Shown here one piece after another: positions 18,071 to 27,578 of a stretch of DNA of 64,000 nucleotides. Under the pieces are notes generated by a model. It was not told the DNA's origin and searched no databases. It worked only from the letters and a program-made list of their open reading frames with translations. Position 1 is the first letter of the stretch. Each line of letters begins with the position of its first letter. This DNA comes from Deltaproteobacteria bacterium. Its GTDB lineage: Bacteria > Desulfobacterota_D > UBA1144 > Nemesobacterales > UBA2774. The stretch lies in NCBI GenBank assembly GCA_029262275.1, contig JAJCZS010000007.1, positions 382,031-446,030 of the forward strand, in the 5' to 3' direction. The position numbers and the translations under genes were made by a program.

Positions 18071-19434
18071 CGTCTCTCTAAAATCATCTTCATCCCGTAT
18101 TTAGGACGGATTGTAATTAATGGTTCAGGCACTACACTCTGATGTGGTACAAGCCTCATCTTCCATTTAGATGCAATAGCCGCAATTATAATGATCCCCT
18201 CCATCCATGCGAAAGGCTCTCCAATACACCTTCTTGTACCCCCACCGAAGGGGAAGTAGGCAAATCTGGGAAGGTCTTTGGTTTCCTCACTCTCCCATCT
18301 CTCAGGAATAAATCTATCGGGTTCCCTATATAATCTTGGGTCACGGTGGACAACATACTGACTTATAAAAATATCGGCCCCAGCAGGGATGGTATATCCC
18401 CTAACTTCATAATCTTCTTTAACCTGCCTAGCTAGCGCCCATGCTGGGGGATAAAGCCTGAGTGCTTCCTTAAAAACGTTCTGCGTATAAGATAGTTTCC
18501 CCAGATCATCCAAGGTGGGAAGTCTATCTTGTAGGGCAGACTCAATTTCATCATGTACTTTCTTCTCAACTTGTGGATGCTGTGATATTAAATACCAAGT
18601 CCATACAAGTGAGTTGGCAGTGCTTTCCTGACCAGCAAGGAAAAGCGTCATAGCTTCGTCTCTAACTTGTAGATCACTCATTTTCTGACCGTTACCTTCT
18701 TCATCCTGTGCTTCAAGAAGCATAGAAAGAAGGTCCATCTTCTCTCCAGGATTAGCTCTTCTTTCCTCAATCATTTTATATATTATGGAGTCGAGCTTGC
18801 TTTTAGCGTTAAAAAATCTTTTGTTTGCCGGAAGAGGCAAATTATCTAAATATTCAGAGTATGGGAAAATCATTTGTGGAAACAAAGTGACCAAATCGGT
18901 AAGTGATTTCCCAATTTCATCAGACTCAGATTCCATATCCGAGTCAAAAATAGTTTTACTCACAATAGACAAAGTAAGCTTCATCATTTCTTTGTGTATA
19001 TTCACGACAGAGCCGTTTTGCCAATTCTCCCCAATCCGTGAGGAGTACTCTGCCATTACATCGCCGTAAGACTTTATTCTCTGATGATGAAATACCGGCT
19101 GTATAGTTCTTCTCTGCTTTAGATGAGGCTCTCCTTCGTTTGTTAGGAGTCCCTCACCAAGAACTATCTTAGTGCGTTTTAGAGCTCTACTTTTCTCAAA
19201 GTTTCTGTTATTTGTAACAAGTACATCTTTGATATCCTCAGGATTGTTAAGAAGGTACATCTTGCGTGATCCAAGCTTGTAATAAACTATGTCTCCATAG
19301 TCTGCGGATACTCTTGTCAAAAATCCCAGGATATCCCTGAAATAATCAAATAAAGAACCCACAACGGGTAGTCCTTTGGGGCCTGGTGGTAAGAAAGGAG
19401 CTTTCATTCTATGGTTTGTTTTAGTTATTTCCAT
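18067..19434 (-). CDS. Cytochrome P450.
   Basis: Heme-thiolate loop FGGGTRRCIGEPFA, an ExxR motif (EALR), and an N-terminal PPGPKGLPVVGS proline hinge; 455 aa. Confidence 0.85.
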   Translation of the reverse strand: MEITKTNHRMKAPFLPPGPKGLPVVGSLFDYFRDILGFLTRVSADYGDIVYYKLGSRKMYLLNNPEDIKDVLVTNNRNFEKSRALKRTKIVLGEGLLTNEGEPHLKQRRTIQPVFHHQRIKSYGDVMAEYSSRIGENWQNGSVVNIHKEMMKLTLSIVSKTIFDSDMESESDEIGKSLTDLVTLFPQMIFPYSEYLDNLPLPANKRFFNAKSKLDSIIYKMIEERRANPGEKMDLLSMLLEAQDEEGNGQKMSDLQVRDEAMTLFLAGQESTANSLVWTWYLISQHPQVEKKVHDEIESALQDRLPTLDDLGKLSYTQNVFKEALRLYPPAWALARQVKEDYEVRGYTIPAGADIFISQYVVHRDPRLYREPDRFIPERWESEETKDLPRFAYFPFGGGTRRCIGEPFAWMEGIIIIAAIASKWKMRLVPHQSVVPEPLITIRPKYGMKMILERR

Positions 19435-19526
19435 ACTTGGAATTTAGAATATGGAATCGTCCACACAGTGTCAACAAGGGTTTGTAGTATCTTAACAAAC
19501 TCATGTAAATTGTATAGGACAATATC

Positions 19527-19979
19527 ATGCAATCTACAGACACAATTAAACGCATTTTAAAGGAATATAAGACTATAGCTGTTGTTGGACTTTCGGGTAA
19601 CTGGAACCGTCCAAGCCACTTTGCAGCAAAGTATATGAAAGCGCATGGGTATAAAATTATTCCAGTGAACCCTGGTTACGAAGAGATACTCGGGGAGAAA
19701 TGCTACCCGAGCCTGCTTGAAATTCCCGAACCTGTTGATATAGTAGATATTTTTAGACGCTCTCGGGATGTTCCGCCCATAGTAGATGATGCTATTGAGA
19801 TTGGAGCTAAGGTTGTCTGGATGCAGCTTACTGTTGAGCATGAAGAAGCGGCACAAAAGGCTAGAGAGGCGGGGCTTGAGGTTGTAATGGACCGTTGTGT
19901 TAAGATTGAGCATGGAAGATTTTTTGGGGGGATTAATTTTTTAGGGGTAAACAGAGGCGTGATAACGTCTAAAAAATAA
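19527..19979 (+). CDS. CoA-binding domain protein (YccU-like).
   Basis: 150-aa protein with a KTIAVVGLS...YKIIPVNP CoA-binding fold. Confidence 0.7.
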   Translation: MQSTDTIKRILKEYKTIAVVGLSGNWNRPSHFAAKYMKAHGYKIIPVNPGYEEILGEKCYPSLLEIPEPVDIVDIFRRSRDVPPIVDDAIEIGAKVVWMQLTVEHEEAAQKAREAGLEVVMDRCVKIEHGRFFGGINFLGVNRGVITSKK

Positions 19980-20007
19980 CAACTACTATATTTTTAGGAG
20001 GGATACT

Positions 20008-21303
20008 ATGTCAGATAGAAAATTTGGTTTTGATACTCAGTGTATTCATGCAGGGCAGTCTCCGGATCCTAATACGGGTTCACGTGCAGTCCCAATACAT
20101 CAGACGACGGCATATGTTTTTGATAGTGCTGATCATGCTGCCAGCCTTTTTAACTTAGAGGCGTTTGGGAATATATATACCCGAATCATGAATCCTACTA
20201 GCGGTGTGTTTGAGGAGAGAATGGCTGCACTTGAGGGCGGCACAGCAGCGCTTGCTCTGGGCTCCGGTATGGCAGCGCAAATGACCTCTATTCTTACTAT
20301 AATGCAGACAGGGCACGAACTTGTGTCTTCAAGCACTCTTTACGGAGGAACCTACACACAGTTTGACGTTAACCTAAGAGAGATGGGTATTAATGTTACT
20401 TTTGTTGACCCTAACGATCCTGAGAACTTTAGAAAAGCGATTACGGATAAAACAAGAGCTCTCTACGCTGAGACTGTCAGTAACCCGCTTGGCAATGTGC
20501 TTGATATAGAAGCGGTTGCAAAAGTTGCTCAAGAAGCCGGTATTCCTCTTATTATTGATAATACATTTGCAACTCCATATCTCTGCAGACCAATAGAGCA
20601 TGGGGCAAATATAGTAGTAAACTCTGCGACTAAATTTATATGCGGCCACGGAACCTCTATAGGTGGTGTTTTGGTAGATGGTGGAAACTTCCCATGGGAT
20701 AACGGCAAATTCCCTTGTATGACTGAGCCTTCAAAGGGGTATCATGGAATCAAATTCTATGAGACATTCGGTAATTTCGGTTATGCAATAAGAGCAAGGG
20801 TTGAAATACTTAGAACCCATGGTCAAGCGCTTAGTCCTTTTAACTCTTTCTTGTTCACGCAGGGTTTGGAGACACTTAATTTGAGGATGGATAGGCACTG
20901 CTCAAGTGCTTTAGAGATTGCTAAGTTTCTAAATGATCACCCGGCCGTAGAATGGGTAAATTTTGCGGGTTTGCCTGACAGCCCATATCATGAATTATCT
21001 AAAAAATATATGCCAAAAGGGGCGGGATCTATCTTCACTTTTGGTGTAAAGGGTGGAATAGAAGCTGGAAGAACATTAATCAACAGTGTTGAGCTTTTCA
21101 GTCACCTAGTAAATGTAGGCGATGCTAAATCATTAATAGCTCATCCTGCTTCAACAACGCACCGTCAGCTAAATGAGGAAGAGCAGATGTCTGCAGGTGT
21201 GACTCCTGAGACAGTCCGTATTTCAGTAGGTCTAGAGACTTTAGAAGACCTTATCTGGGATTTAGACCAAGCTCTTGCAAAGTCTCAAAAGGCTAAGGCA
21301 TGA
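20008..21303 (+). CDS. metY: O-acetylhomoserine aminocarboxypropyltransferase (O-acetylhomoserine sulfhydrylase), PLP-dependent.
   Basis: 431-aa protein of the Cys/Met-metabolism PLP family. It is followed by metX and overlaps it by 4 nt. Confidence 0.85.
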   Translation: MSDRKFGFDTQCIHAGQSPDPNTGSRAVPIHQTTAYVFDSADHAASLFNLEAFGNIYTRIMNPTSGVFEERMAALEGGTAALALGSGMAAQMTSILTIMQTGHELVSSSTLYGGTYTQFDVNLREMGINVTFVDPNDPENFRKAITDKTRALYAETVSNPLGNVLDIEAVAKVAQEAGIPLIIDNTFATPYLCRPIEHGANIVVNSATKFICGHGTSIGGVLVDGGNFPWDNGKFPCMTEPSKGYHGIKFYETFGNFGYAIRARVEILRTHGQALSPFNSFLFTQGLETLNLRMDRHCSSALEIAKFLNDHPAVEWVNFAGLPDSPYHELSKKYMPKGAGSIFTFGVKGGIEAGRTLINSVELFSHLVNVGDAKSLIAHPASTTHRQLNEEEQMSAGVTPETVRISVGLETLEDLIWDLDQALAKSQKAKA

Positions 21304-22466
21304 GAACAAGGGAGTTAGGTGAGTCTCCAGTTGTAATTGTTGAGGAAGGCTCTATAGGGTTAGTAGAAACCAAATATTACACTTTTGCTGATTCTCCAAA
21401 TAAGTTTGTTATGGACAATGATCTCGAGCTTGGTCCTATAACAGTGGCTTATGAAACTTATGGGGAATTAAATGAAGCGCGTGACAATGTAATTCTTGTA
21501 GAGCACGCGCTTACTGCAAGTGCCCATGCTGCTGGAAAGCACTCTGAAGATGATCAGTATCCCGGCTGGTGGGATGTTATGGTAGGTCCGGGCAGAGCAT
21601 ATGATACTGATAAGTACTTTGTTATATGTTCAAATATTCTAGGCAGCTGCTATGGAACCACAGGCCCCTCTTCTGTAAACCCTGAAACTGATAAACCATA
21701 TGGAATGACTTTTCCGCTTGTAACCATCAGAGATATGGTCCGTGTACAAAAAAAATTAATAGATCATTTGGGAATTAATAGTATAAAGTCGGTAATCGGT
21801 GGCTCGATGGGAGGGATGCAGGCAATAGAGTGGGCATTGCTCTACCCAGATATGGTGGAGTCAATTGTTCTGGTTGCCTCTGGAGCTGTTTCTAATCCGC
21901 AGTCCATCGCGATTCATAAAGTTGGAACAAGGGCAATTCTTGATGATCCAAACTGGCAGGATGGAGATTATTATGAAGGAGAGATTCCAGCCAAAGGCCT
22001 TGCCATTGCTAGGATGATAGGACATATAACGTATCTTCATCACAACTGGCTCTGGGAGAAGTTTGGTAGAGCACATTCAGATCCTGAAAATATGAAGTTG
22101 AAGCTTGGGAGCAAATTTGATATCGAGAATTACCTAGAATATCAGGGCACTAAGTTTGTAGAGCGTTTCGATGCAAATAGCTACATCTATATAATGCGTG
22201 CTATCGATCTCTATGATGCAGCTGAAGGCTACGAGACTTTAAAGAAATCCTTTGAGAGAATTAAATGTAAGAAAGTTTTAGTTACCTCATTTACTTCTGA
22301 TTGGCTCTTCCCATCCTATCAATCAGAGGAGATTGTGAAGGCGTTGAAATTCAATAATGTAGATGTCGAATATCAAGAGATTGAATCTCCCTATGGTCAT
22401 GATTCGTTCCTCTTAGAATATAAAGAACTCACCCAACATATAAAACAATTTTTTACCACACTTTAG
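21300..22466 (+). CDS. metX: Homoserine O-acetyltransferase.
   Basis: 388-aa alpha/beta hydrolase with the MetX pattern and nucleophile elbow GGSMGG. Confidence 0.85.
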   Translation: MRTRELGESPVVIVEEGSIGLVETKYYTFADSPNKFVMDNDLELGPITVAYETYGELNEARDNVILVEHALTASAHAAGKHSEDDQYPGWWDVMVGPGRAYDTDKYFVICSNILGSCYGTTGPSSVNPETDKPYGMTFPLVTIRDMVRVQKKLIDHLGINSIKSVIGGSMGGMQAIEWALLYPDMVESIVLVASGAVSNPQSIAIHKVGTRAILDDPNWQDGDYYEGEIPAKGLAIARMIGHITYLHHNWLWEKFGRAHSDPENMKLKLGSKFDIENYLEYQGTKFVERFDANSYIYIMRAIDLYDAAEGYETLKKSFERIKCKKVLVTSFTSDWLFPSYQSEEIVKALKFNNVDVEYQEIESPYGHDSFLLEYKELTQHIKQFFTTL

Positions 22467-22507
22467 TTTGCTTGCTTTCTTACCCCCTCATTAATTAGTA
22501 TATAGAT

Positions 22508-23299
22508 ATGAAATTAGGTCTTGCACTAGGCGGAGGAGGAGCCAAGGGGTTTGCGCATCTGGGAATACTGCAGGTTCTCTCTGAGGCGGGAATTGAATTT
22601 GATGTTGTAGCTGGAACCAGCATAGGAGCCTTAATTGGGGCTGTCTATGTATCTGGCAATCTGGATAGTCTTGAAAAATTTGCTACAAAAATAGGCATGA
22701 CCGATTTACCTTTTATGCTTAGGCCAACCTGGCCTAGGGGAGGGCTTCTTAGTGCTACTTATATTGAAGAACTCGTAGATAAGTTTGTAAATGTTCAGAA
22801 CATAGAGGACCTTCAAAAGCCTTTCGCTGCAGTTTGTGTAGATTTGAATAAAGCTCAGGTTGTGACTTTTTCTAAAGGCGATCTAAAGAGGGCGATAAGA
22901 GCGAGCACTTCAATTCCGGGTGTTTTTAAACCTGTATTTTATGAGGATAAAATACTAGTTGATGGGGGCATTCTGGAATCAGTACCACTAGATGCTGTTC
23001 GTTCCCTAGGGGCCGATTTTATAGTAGCTGTAGATCTCTTAAGCGACCTCTCGGGTAATCAGAACTTTAATGAAGGCAAACCTTCTATTGTTGAGATAGT
23101 GCAGAGAAGCTCTATAGTGGCACAGAGGAAAATTACAGAGTACAAATTTAAGGAAAATCCCCCTGATGTTGTTATAAGCCCACCGTTGTCTGAGGTTGGA
23201 GTTATGGATTTTCACAATGGCAAGCCTATCTTTGAATTAGGTAGAGAAGCTGCTCAAAAAGTTTTGCCAGAGCTGCTTGAAAAGCTTAAGAAGAACTAG
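22508..23299 (+). CDS. Patatin-like phospholipase.
   Basis: GGGxxG oxyanion motif (LGGGGAKG), GTSIG nucleophile elbow, and a DGG catalytic Asp motif. Confidence 0.8.
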   Translation: MKLGLALGGGGAKGFAHLGILQVLSEAGIEFDVVAGTSIGALIGAVYVSGNLDSLEKFATKIGMTDLPFMLRPTWPRGGLLSATYIEELVDKFVNVQNIEDLQKPFAAVCVDLNKAQVVTFSKGDLKRAIRASTSIPGVFKPVFYEDKILVDGGILESVPLDAVRSLGADFIVAVDLLSDLSGNQNFNEGKPSIVEIVQRSSIVAQRKITEYKFKENPPDVVISPPLSEVGVMDFHNGKPIFELGREAAQKVLPELLEKLKKN

Positions 23300-24716
23300 C
23301 TTTTAGAGTTGCTCCCTTTCTCCATTCCCAGATCAAAAATAGCCAAACAGGAACAAATTCAATCCATATAATTATATTGGTGAATATTTCTAGTTGACCT
23401 CTGGGCTCAAAATAATATCTCAGGTAATAAAGCGGTAAAAGAGCAGTTAATAAGAGCAGAGAAAACCTAGGCTTGATAGCCAACAGTGGTATAAGCCATG
23501 TGTAGTACCATGGGAATTGTGTGGGGCTAACTAAAAATGCAAAAGCGATTATATACAAACTCTTGCTAAATAGATCTGCATTCCTAAATGCTTTTCCAAA
23601 AGCTACATATAGAATCCAGATTGCAATAAGAGCAATTACGATGAACCTTGCAACCGTGTATTTATGAAATGTCTCATAGCCAAATAAGTTTAAGCCGAGC
23701 TCAGAGATGTAGACCAGTATCCTAAAAGCTGAGTCATTGTTCTGCCAGCTTTGTCCGTATGCTATAAAGCCTGAGCTTGCATCTAGGCCTGAGAGGTATA
23801 TAGGCAAAAATAAAGCTCCTATGGAAATAGCTGCTATAACAAGTACAAATAAGAGTTGCTTAGGTTTAGATATTATGGGTCTAATAATTATAGGCAATAA
23901 AAAGGCCGGCCAGAGTTTTATACCAAGCCCAATAATCAGCGTGAGTGAGGAGCGGATATATCTGTTTTGTGTAGCCGCAATTAAGGCACTAAGGACAAAA
24001 GGAAAGACTAGTACATCAAGGTGTCCTGAATTGAATATCTCTTTTAAAAGAAGGGGATTCCACCAATAGATTATAAGATAGGAGGTCGGGAGCTTTAATA
24101 TTCCTAAGGCACTAAAAATTAATGACAGAGTAGCAAGGTCCATAATTATCAGAATTATTTTCCACGTTGTCAGATTCCACGAGTCGAGTGCATAGGAGAC
24201 TGCAAAAAATGCCTGAGCCACAGGGGGATATATTGTTCTAATCTGGGGATGGTTAATACGGTGAATTATATCTCCCGATTCTTCTGCAAGCGCTACAAGC
24301 TCCTCGGGAACACCTTCTTTGTTTAATACTTCCTCAGGGGAATACTCGTAGGGATTTATAAGGTTTGCAGTTACAGCCCCGTCCCAAAGATATCTAAAAT
24401 AATCATCCTCAAGAATTGGGGCGGTGAAGAGCATCAATAATCTCAAAACAATCCCTATTCCAATCACCCATAGGATCTGTTTTTTGACTAAATCTACTTT
24501 CGGTAATTTGAAAATTGTGAATAAAAAGATGAGCCCTGCAAAAATAAGAATTCCCACGAGTGCGAGAACTGGTCTATCAATTAGAGAAATAGAATCTGCA
24601 AATTCCGGTGAAATGTATGTTATTAGACTAAAACAAATTAAAAGAAGTATTCCGGATATGATAAGTATAGAGGTTGATACTTTTCCGGAATTACCTGTTG
24701 TGGAATTATTCATCAT
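23286..24716 (-). CDS. Large polytopic membrane protein, possibly a GT-C fold glycosyl/mannosyltransferase-like (DUF2029-like) protein.
   Basis: 476-aa protein with more than 10 TM helices. Its 3' end overlaps the patatin gene end by 14 nt in convergent orientation. Confidence 0.4.
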   Translation of the reverse strand: MMNNSTTGNSGKVSTSILIISGILLLICFSLITYISPEFADSISLIDRPVLALVGILIFAGLIFLFTIFKLPKVDLVKKQILWVIGIGIVLRLLMLFTAPILEDDYFRYLWDGAVTANLINPYEYSPEEVLNKEGVPEELVALAEESGDIIHRINHPQIRTIYPPVAQAFFAVSYALDSWNLTTWKIILIIMDLATLSLIFSALGILKLPTSYLIIYWWNPLLLKEIFNSGHLDVLVFPFVLSALIAATQNRYIRSSLTLIIGLGIKLWPAFLLPIIIRPIISKPKQLLFVLVIAAISIGALFLPIYLSGLDASSGFIAYGQSWQNNDSAFRILVYISELGLNLFGYETFHKYTVARFIVIALIAIWILYVAFGKAFRNADLFSKSLYIIAFAFLVSPTQFPWYYTWLIPLLAIKPRFSLLLLTALLPLYYLRYYFEPRGQLEIFTNIIIWIEFVPVWLFLIWEWRKGATLKASSS

Positions 24717-24740
24717 ATAAATTACTATATGATTATTATT

Positions 24741-25694
24741 TTATTCGCCTTGTTCTTCTAAAAACTTCTCCGCATCTATTGCAGACATGCAACCGCTTCC
24801 TGCAGCTGTAATTGCCTGGCGGTATATGTTGTCTTGCACATCACCCGCTGCAAATACGCCTGGAATATTTGTTTCAGTGGAGCCGCTTTTGGTGATCAAA
24901 TATCCGACTTCGTCCATCTCAAGCTGTCCTTTAAATAATCCAGTGTTAGGGTTATGTCCGATAGCCACAAAAACACCCTGAGCTTCTTTTTCGGTTACTT
25001 CTCCAGTTTTAGTATTCTTTAGTCTGGCCCCTGTTACACCGTCTTCTTTACTTCCAAGAATTTCCTCTACTTCTGAATCCCAGATGAATTCCATCTTTTC
25101 ATTTTTAAATGCTCTGTCTTGCACAATCTTGGATGCCCTTAGCTGATCCCTTCTGTGAACAATGCTTACTTTGCTAGCAAATTTTGTGAGGAATGTAGCT
25201 TCTTCAACTGCGCTGTCTCCCCCCCCTATTACTAAAAGCTCTTTATCCTTAAAGAAGAAACCATCACATGTGGCACAAGTGGACACTCCGTATCCCAATA
25301 GTGCTTTCTCAGACTCGAGTCCCAACATCTTAGCCGATGCACCGGAGGAAATAATAAACGTGTCTGCTTCAAGTACTGTATCTCCAGCCGTGATTTTAAA
25401 TGGTCTTGTTGAGAAATCTACAGCAGTGATTTCAGCCATAACAGATATGGCACCAAATCTCTGTGCTTGCTGTCTCATCGCATTCATCAAATCAGGTCCC
25501 ATAACACCATCTGGAAAGCCTGGATAGTTTTCAACGTCAGTTGTTAGTGTTAGCTGGCCGCCTGCCTCTAAACCCTCAAATACTACAGGTTCTAGATTTG
25601 CTCTTGCAGTATATAGGGCTGCAGTAAGCCCAGCTGGGCCTGAGCCCATTATCACTACTTTATGTTTTCCTTTTAGTTCTGATATATCAGTCAT
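24741..25694 (-). CDS. trxB: Thioredoxin-disulfide reductase.
   Basis: GSGPAG FAD motif, redox-active CATCDG, and a second GGGDSA NADPH motif; 317 aa. Confidence 0.9.
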   Translation of the reverse strand: MTDISELKGKHKVVIMGSGPAGLTAALYTARANLEPVVFEGLEAGGQLTLTTDVENYPGFPDGVMGPDLMNAMRQQAQRFGAISVMAEITAVDFSTRPFKITAGDTVLEADTFIISSGASAKMLGLESEKALLGYGVSTCATCDGFFFKDKELLVIGGGDSAVEEATFLTKFASKVSIVHRRDQLRASKIVQDRAFKNEKMEFIWDSEVEEILGSKEDGVTGARLKNTKTGEVTEKEAQGVFVAIGHNPNTGLFKGQLEMDEVGYLITKSGSTETNIPGVFAAGDVQDNIYRQAITAAGSGCMSAIDAEKFLEEQGE

Positions 25695-26050
25695 AGTATG
25701 TCCTTTTAGAATTAATTGCGATTTATACTACATATCAGCTACAGTTTTTCAAGGCTACCGATCTTCAATAGCCTGGTACATTGACTTTTAGATAGCAAAA
25801 TAACCGATAAAGATTCAACCCCCATTTCTCACTACGCAAATATAGTTAGGGTTATACCGCTTCCCATTAGGAAGGAATTTCAGATACATAGAGAATGATA
25901 AAAACAACAATTCACATAATATGGCTGCTTGACTATAGAAGTCTCAGATTAAATAAATTCAGCATTAAAGAAATCTTATGTACTTTTCTTTTAATGCGTA
26001 GTAAAGTAATCGGAAATTAAAAGTGTCAATTTTAAAGGAGGATGTAAGAT

Positions 26051-27397
26051 ATGGAAGCCATATTTTCAGGAGCTAAGAGGGTAGTTCTTTATACAAGCTC
26101 AAAGCTGATTTTAACATTGAGTGTAGCAATTTTTCTATGTTCATCAGTTTTTGTGTTTAATCAGGACGCATATTCACAGGATTCAGTATGTTTAAATAGA
26201 ATAATTGAACAGATAACAGCTGATGTACTTGAAGAGAGTTTTGATCCTTCAATAAACTCAGACGGCACCTGGATTGCATTTGCATCTACCTCAGACATAA
26301 ACGGCGGGAACCCTGAGGCGAATGATGAGATATATCTCTTTAATACCGCAACCGGCGTCTTTACACAGATAACAGCTGAGACGGCTGGAGATAGTGCTCT
26401 TCCCTCGATAAACTCAGACGGCACCCGAATTGCATTTGAATCTACCTCAAACATAAACGGCGGGAACCCTGAAGGGAATGCAGAGATATACCTCTTTGAT
26501 ACTACAACCGGTGTCTTTACACAGATAACAGCTGAGACGGTTGGAGATAGTCAAGAACCCTCAATAAACTCAGACGGCACCCGAATTACATTTCGATCTA
26601 GAGCAGACATAAACGGCGGGAATCCTGGGATAGAAGATGAGATATACCTCTTTGATACTACAGCCGGTGTCATTACACAGATAACAGATGATCCAGTTGA
26701 ACCAAGTTCTAGCCCCTCAATAAACTCAGACGGCACCCGAATTGCATTTCAAACTAGAGCAGACATAAACGGTGGGAACCCTGATGGGAATAGAGAGATA
26801 TACCTCTTTGATACTACAAACGGCATCTTTACACAGATAACAGATGACCCCTCTGGCGATAGTAGCTTCGGTCCTTCAATAAACTCAGACGGCACCCGAA
26901 TTGCATTTATAACTAACGCAAACATAAACGGCGGGAACCCTGATGGGAGTTTTGAGATATACCTCTTTGATACTACGAGCGGCGTCTTTACACAGATAAC
27001 AGATGAGACGTCTGGAAGTAGTTCTGATCCCTCAATAAACTCAGACGGCAGCCTAATTGCATTTGAATCTGACTCAGATATAAACGGCGGGAACCCTGAT
27101 GGGAATGAAGAGATATACCTCTTTGATACTACAAACGGCACCACTACACAGATAACAGATGAGACGGCTGTATTTAGTTCTGATCCCTCAATAAACTCAG
27201 ACGGCACCCGAATTGCATTTGTGTCTAACGGAGGCATGAACGGCGGAAACCCTGATGAGAATGCGGAGGTTTTTCTGTCAACATGCCTGCAACCTAAAAA
27301 CGTCCCAACCCTATCTGAATGGGGATTAATAGCTATGGCAGGACTTCTTGGAATCGTAGGTTTTATGGTTGTTAGAAGAAGACAAGTTGCAGCTTAA
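26051..27397 (+). CDS. Secreted or surface beta-propeller-like repeat protein (PD40/TolB-type blades) with an IPTL-CTERM-like C-terminal sorting signal.
   Basis: N-terminal signal/anchor. Seven tandem ~52-aa repeats (PSINSDGTRIAF...INGGNP.GN.EIYLFDTT.G.FTQITD). The C-terminus NVPTLSEWGLIAMAGLLGIVGFMVVRRRQ combines a motif, a TM helix and a basic cluster. Confidence 0.7.
   Translation: MEAIFSGAKRVVLYTSSKLILTLSVAIFLCSSVFVFNQDAYSQDSVCLNRIIEQITADVLEESFDPSINSDGTWIAFASTSDINGGNPEANDEIYLFNTATGVFTQITAETAGDSALPSINSDGTRIAFESTSNINGGNPEGNAEIYLFDTTTGVFTQITAETVGDSQEPSINSDGTRITFRSRADINGGNPGIEDEIYLFDTTAGVITQITDDPVEPSSSPSINSDGTRIAFQTRADINGGNPDGNREIYLFDTTNGIFTQITDDPSGDSSFGPSINSDGTRIAFITNANINGGNPDGSFEIYLFDTTSGVFTQITDETSGSSSDPSINSDGSLIAFESDSDINGGNPDGNEEIYLFDTTNGTTTQITDETAVFSSDPSINSDGTRIAFVSNGGMNGGNPDENAEVFLSTCLQPKNVPTLSEWGLIAMAGLLGIVGFMVVRRRQVAA
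26246..27262 (+). repeat. Seven near-identical tandem coding repeats of 156 nt (one of 159 nt) inside the propeller gene.
   Basis: Repeat starts, read directly from the sequence, are 26246, 26402, 26558, 26714, 26873, 27029 and 27185. The core is nearly identical at nucleotide level, and differences are concentrated at a few codon positions. Confidence 0.85.
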
Positions 27398-27430
27398 AAC
27401 AAACTAAGACAATTCAATTTAAAACTTAAA

Positions 27431-27468
27431 GGGGGTTTGGCACAAGTAGTGCGAGACCCCCTTTTTTT
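27431..27468 (+). terminator. Rho-independent terminator downstream of the repeat-protein gene.
   Basis: GGGGGTTTGGCAC-aagta-GTGCGAGACCCCC hairpin followed by a T7 run. Confidence 0.7.
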
Positions 27469-27578
27469 ATTTAGAATTGATATTAACATTCAAACTTAAC
27501 CTGCTTTTGACAAAGGGGAGCAGTGCAGTGTTCTCATTAATAGTTATAATCTATCCATAAATCAAGGGAGCATAATAA

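Noticed and set aside
19980-20007. Possible SAM/S-box riboswitch upstream of metY.
   Set aside because: The spacer is only 28 nt and is occupied by a ribosome-binding site. There is no room for a riboswitch aptamer.
25695-26050. tRNA or other structured RNA gene in the long spacers at 25695-26050, 48418-48768 and 60276-60631.
   Set aside because: I found no cloverleaf-like GTTCRANYC T-loop signature or acceptor-stem complementarity. The regions look like AT-rich promoter DNA.
26749-27237. 162-aa minus-strand ORF, plus shorter ones at 26161-26454 and 26551-26736, showing their own internal repeats.
   Set aside because: These are antisense shadows of the tandem repeats in the + strand propeller gene. 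The repeat periodicity creates the long open frames.
26246-27262. Regular ~156-nt direct repeats that could be mistaken for a CRISPR or satellite array.
   Set aside because: The repeats are in-frame coding units of one ORF (protein blades). They have no spacers, are far too long for CRISPR repeats, and no cas genes are present.
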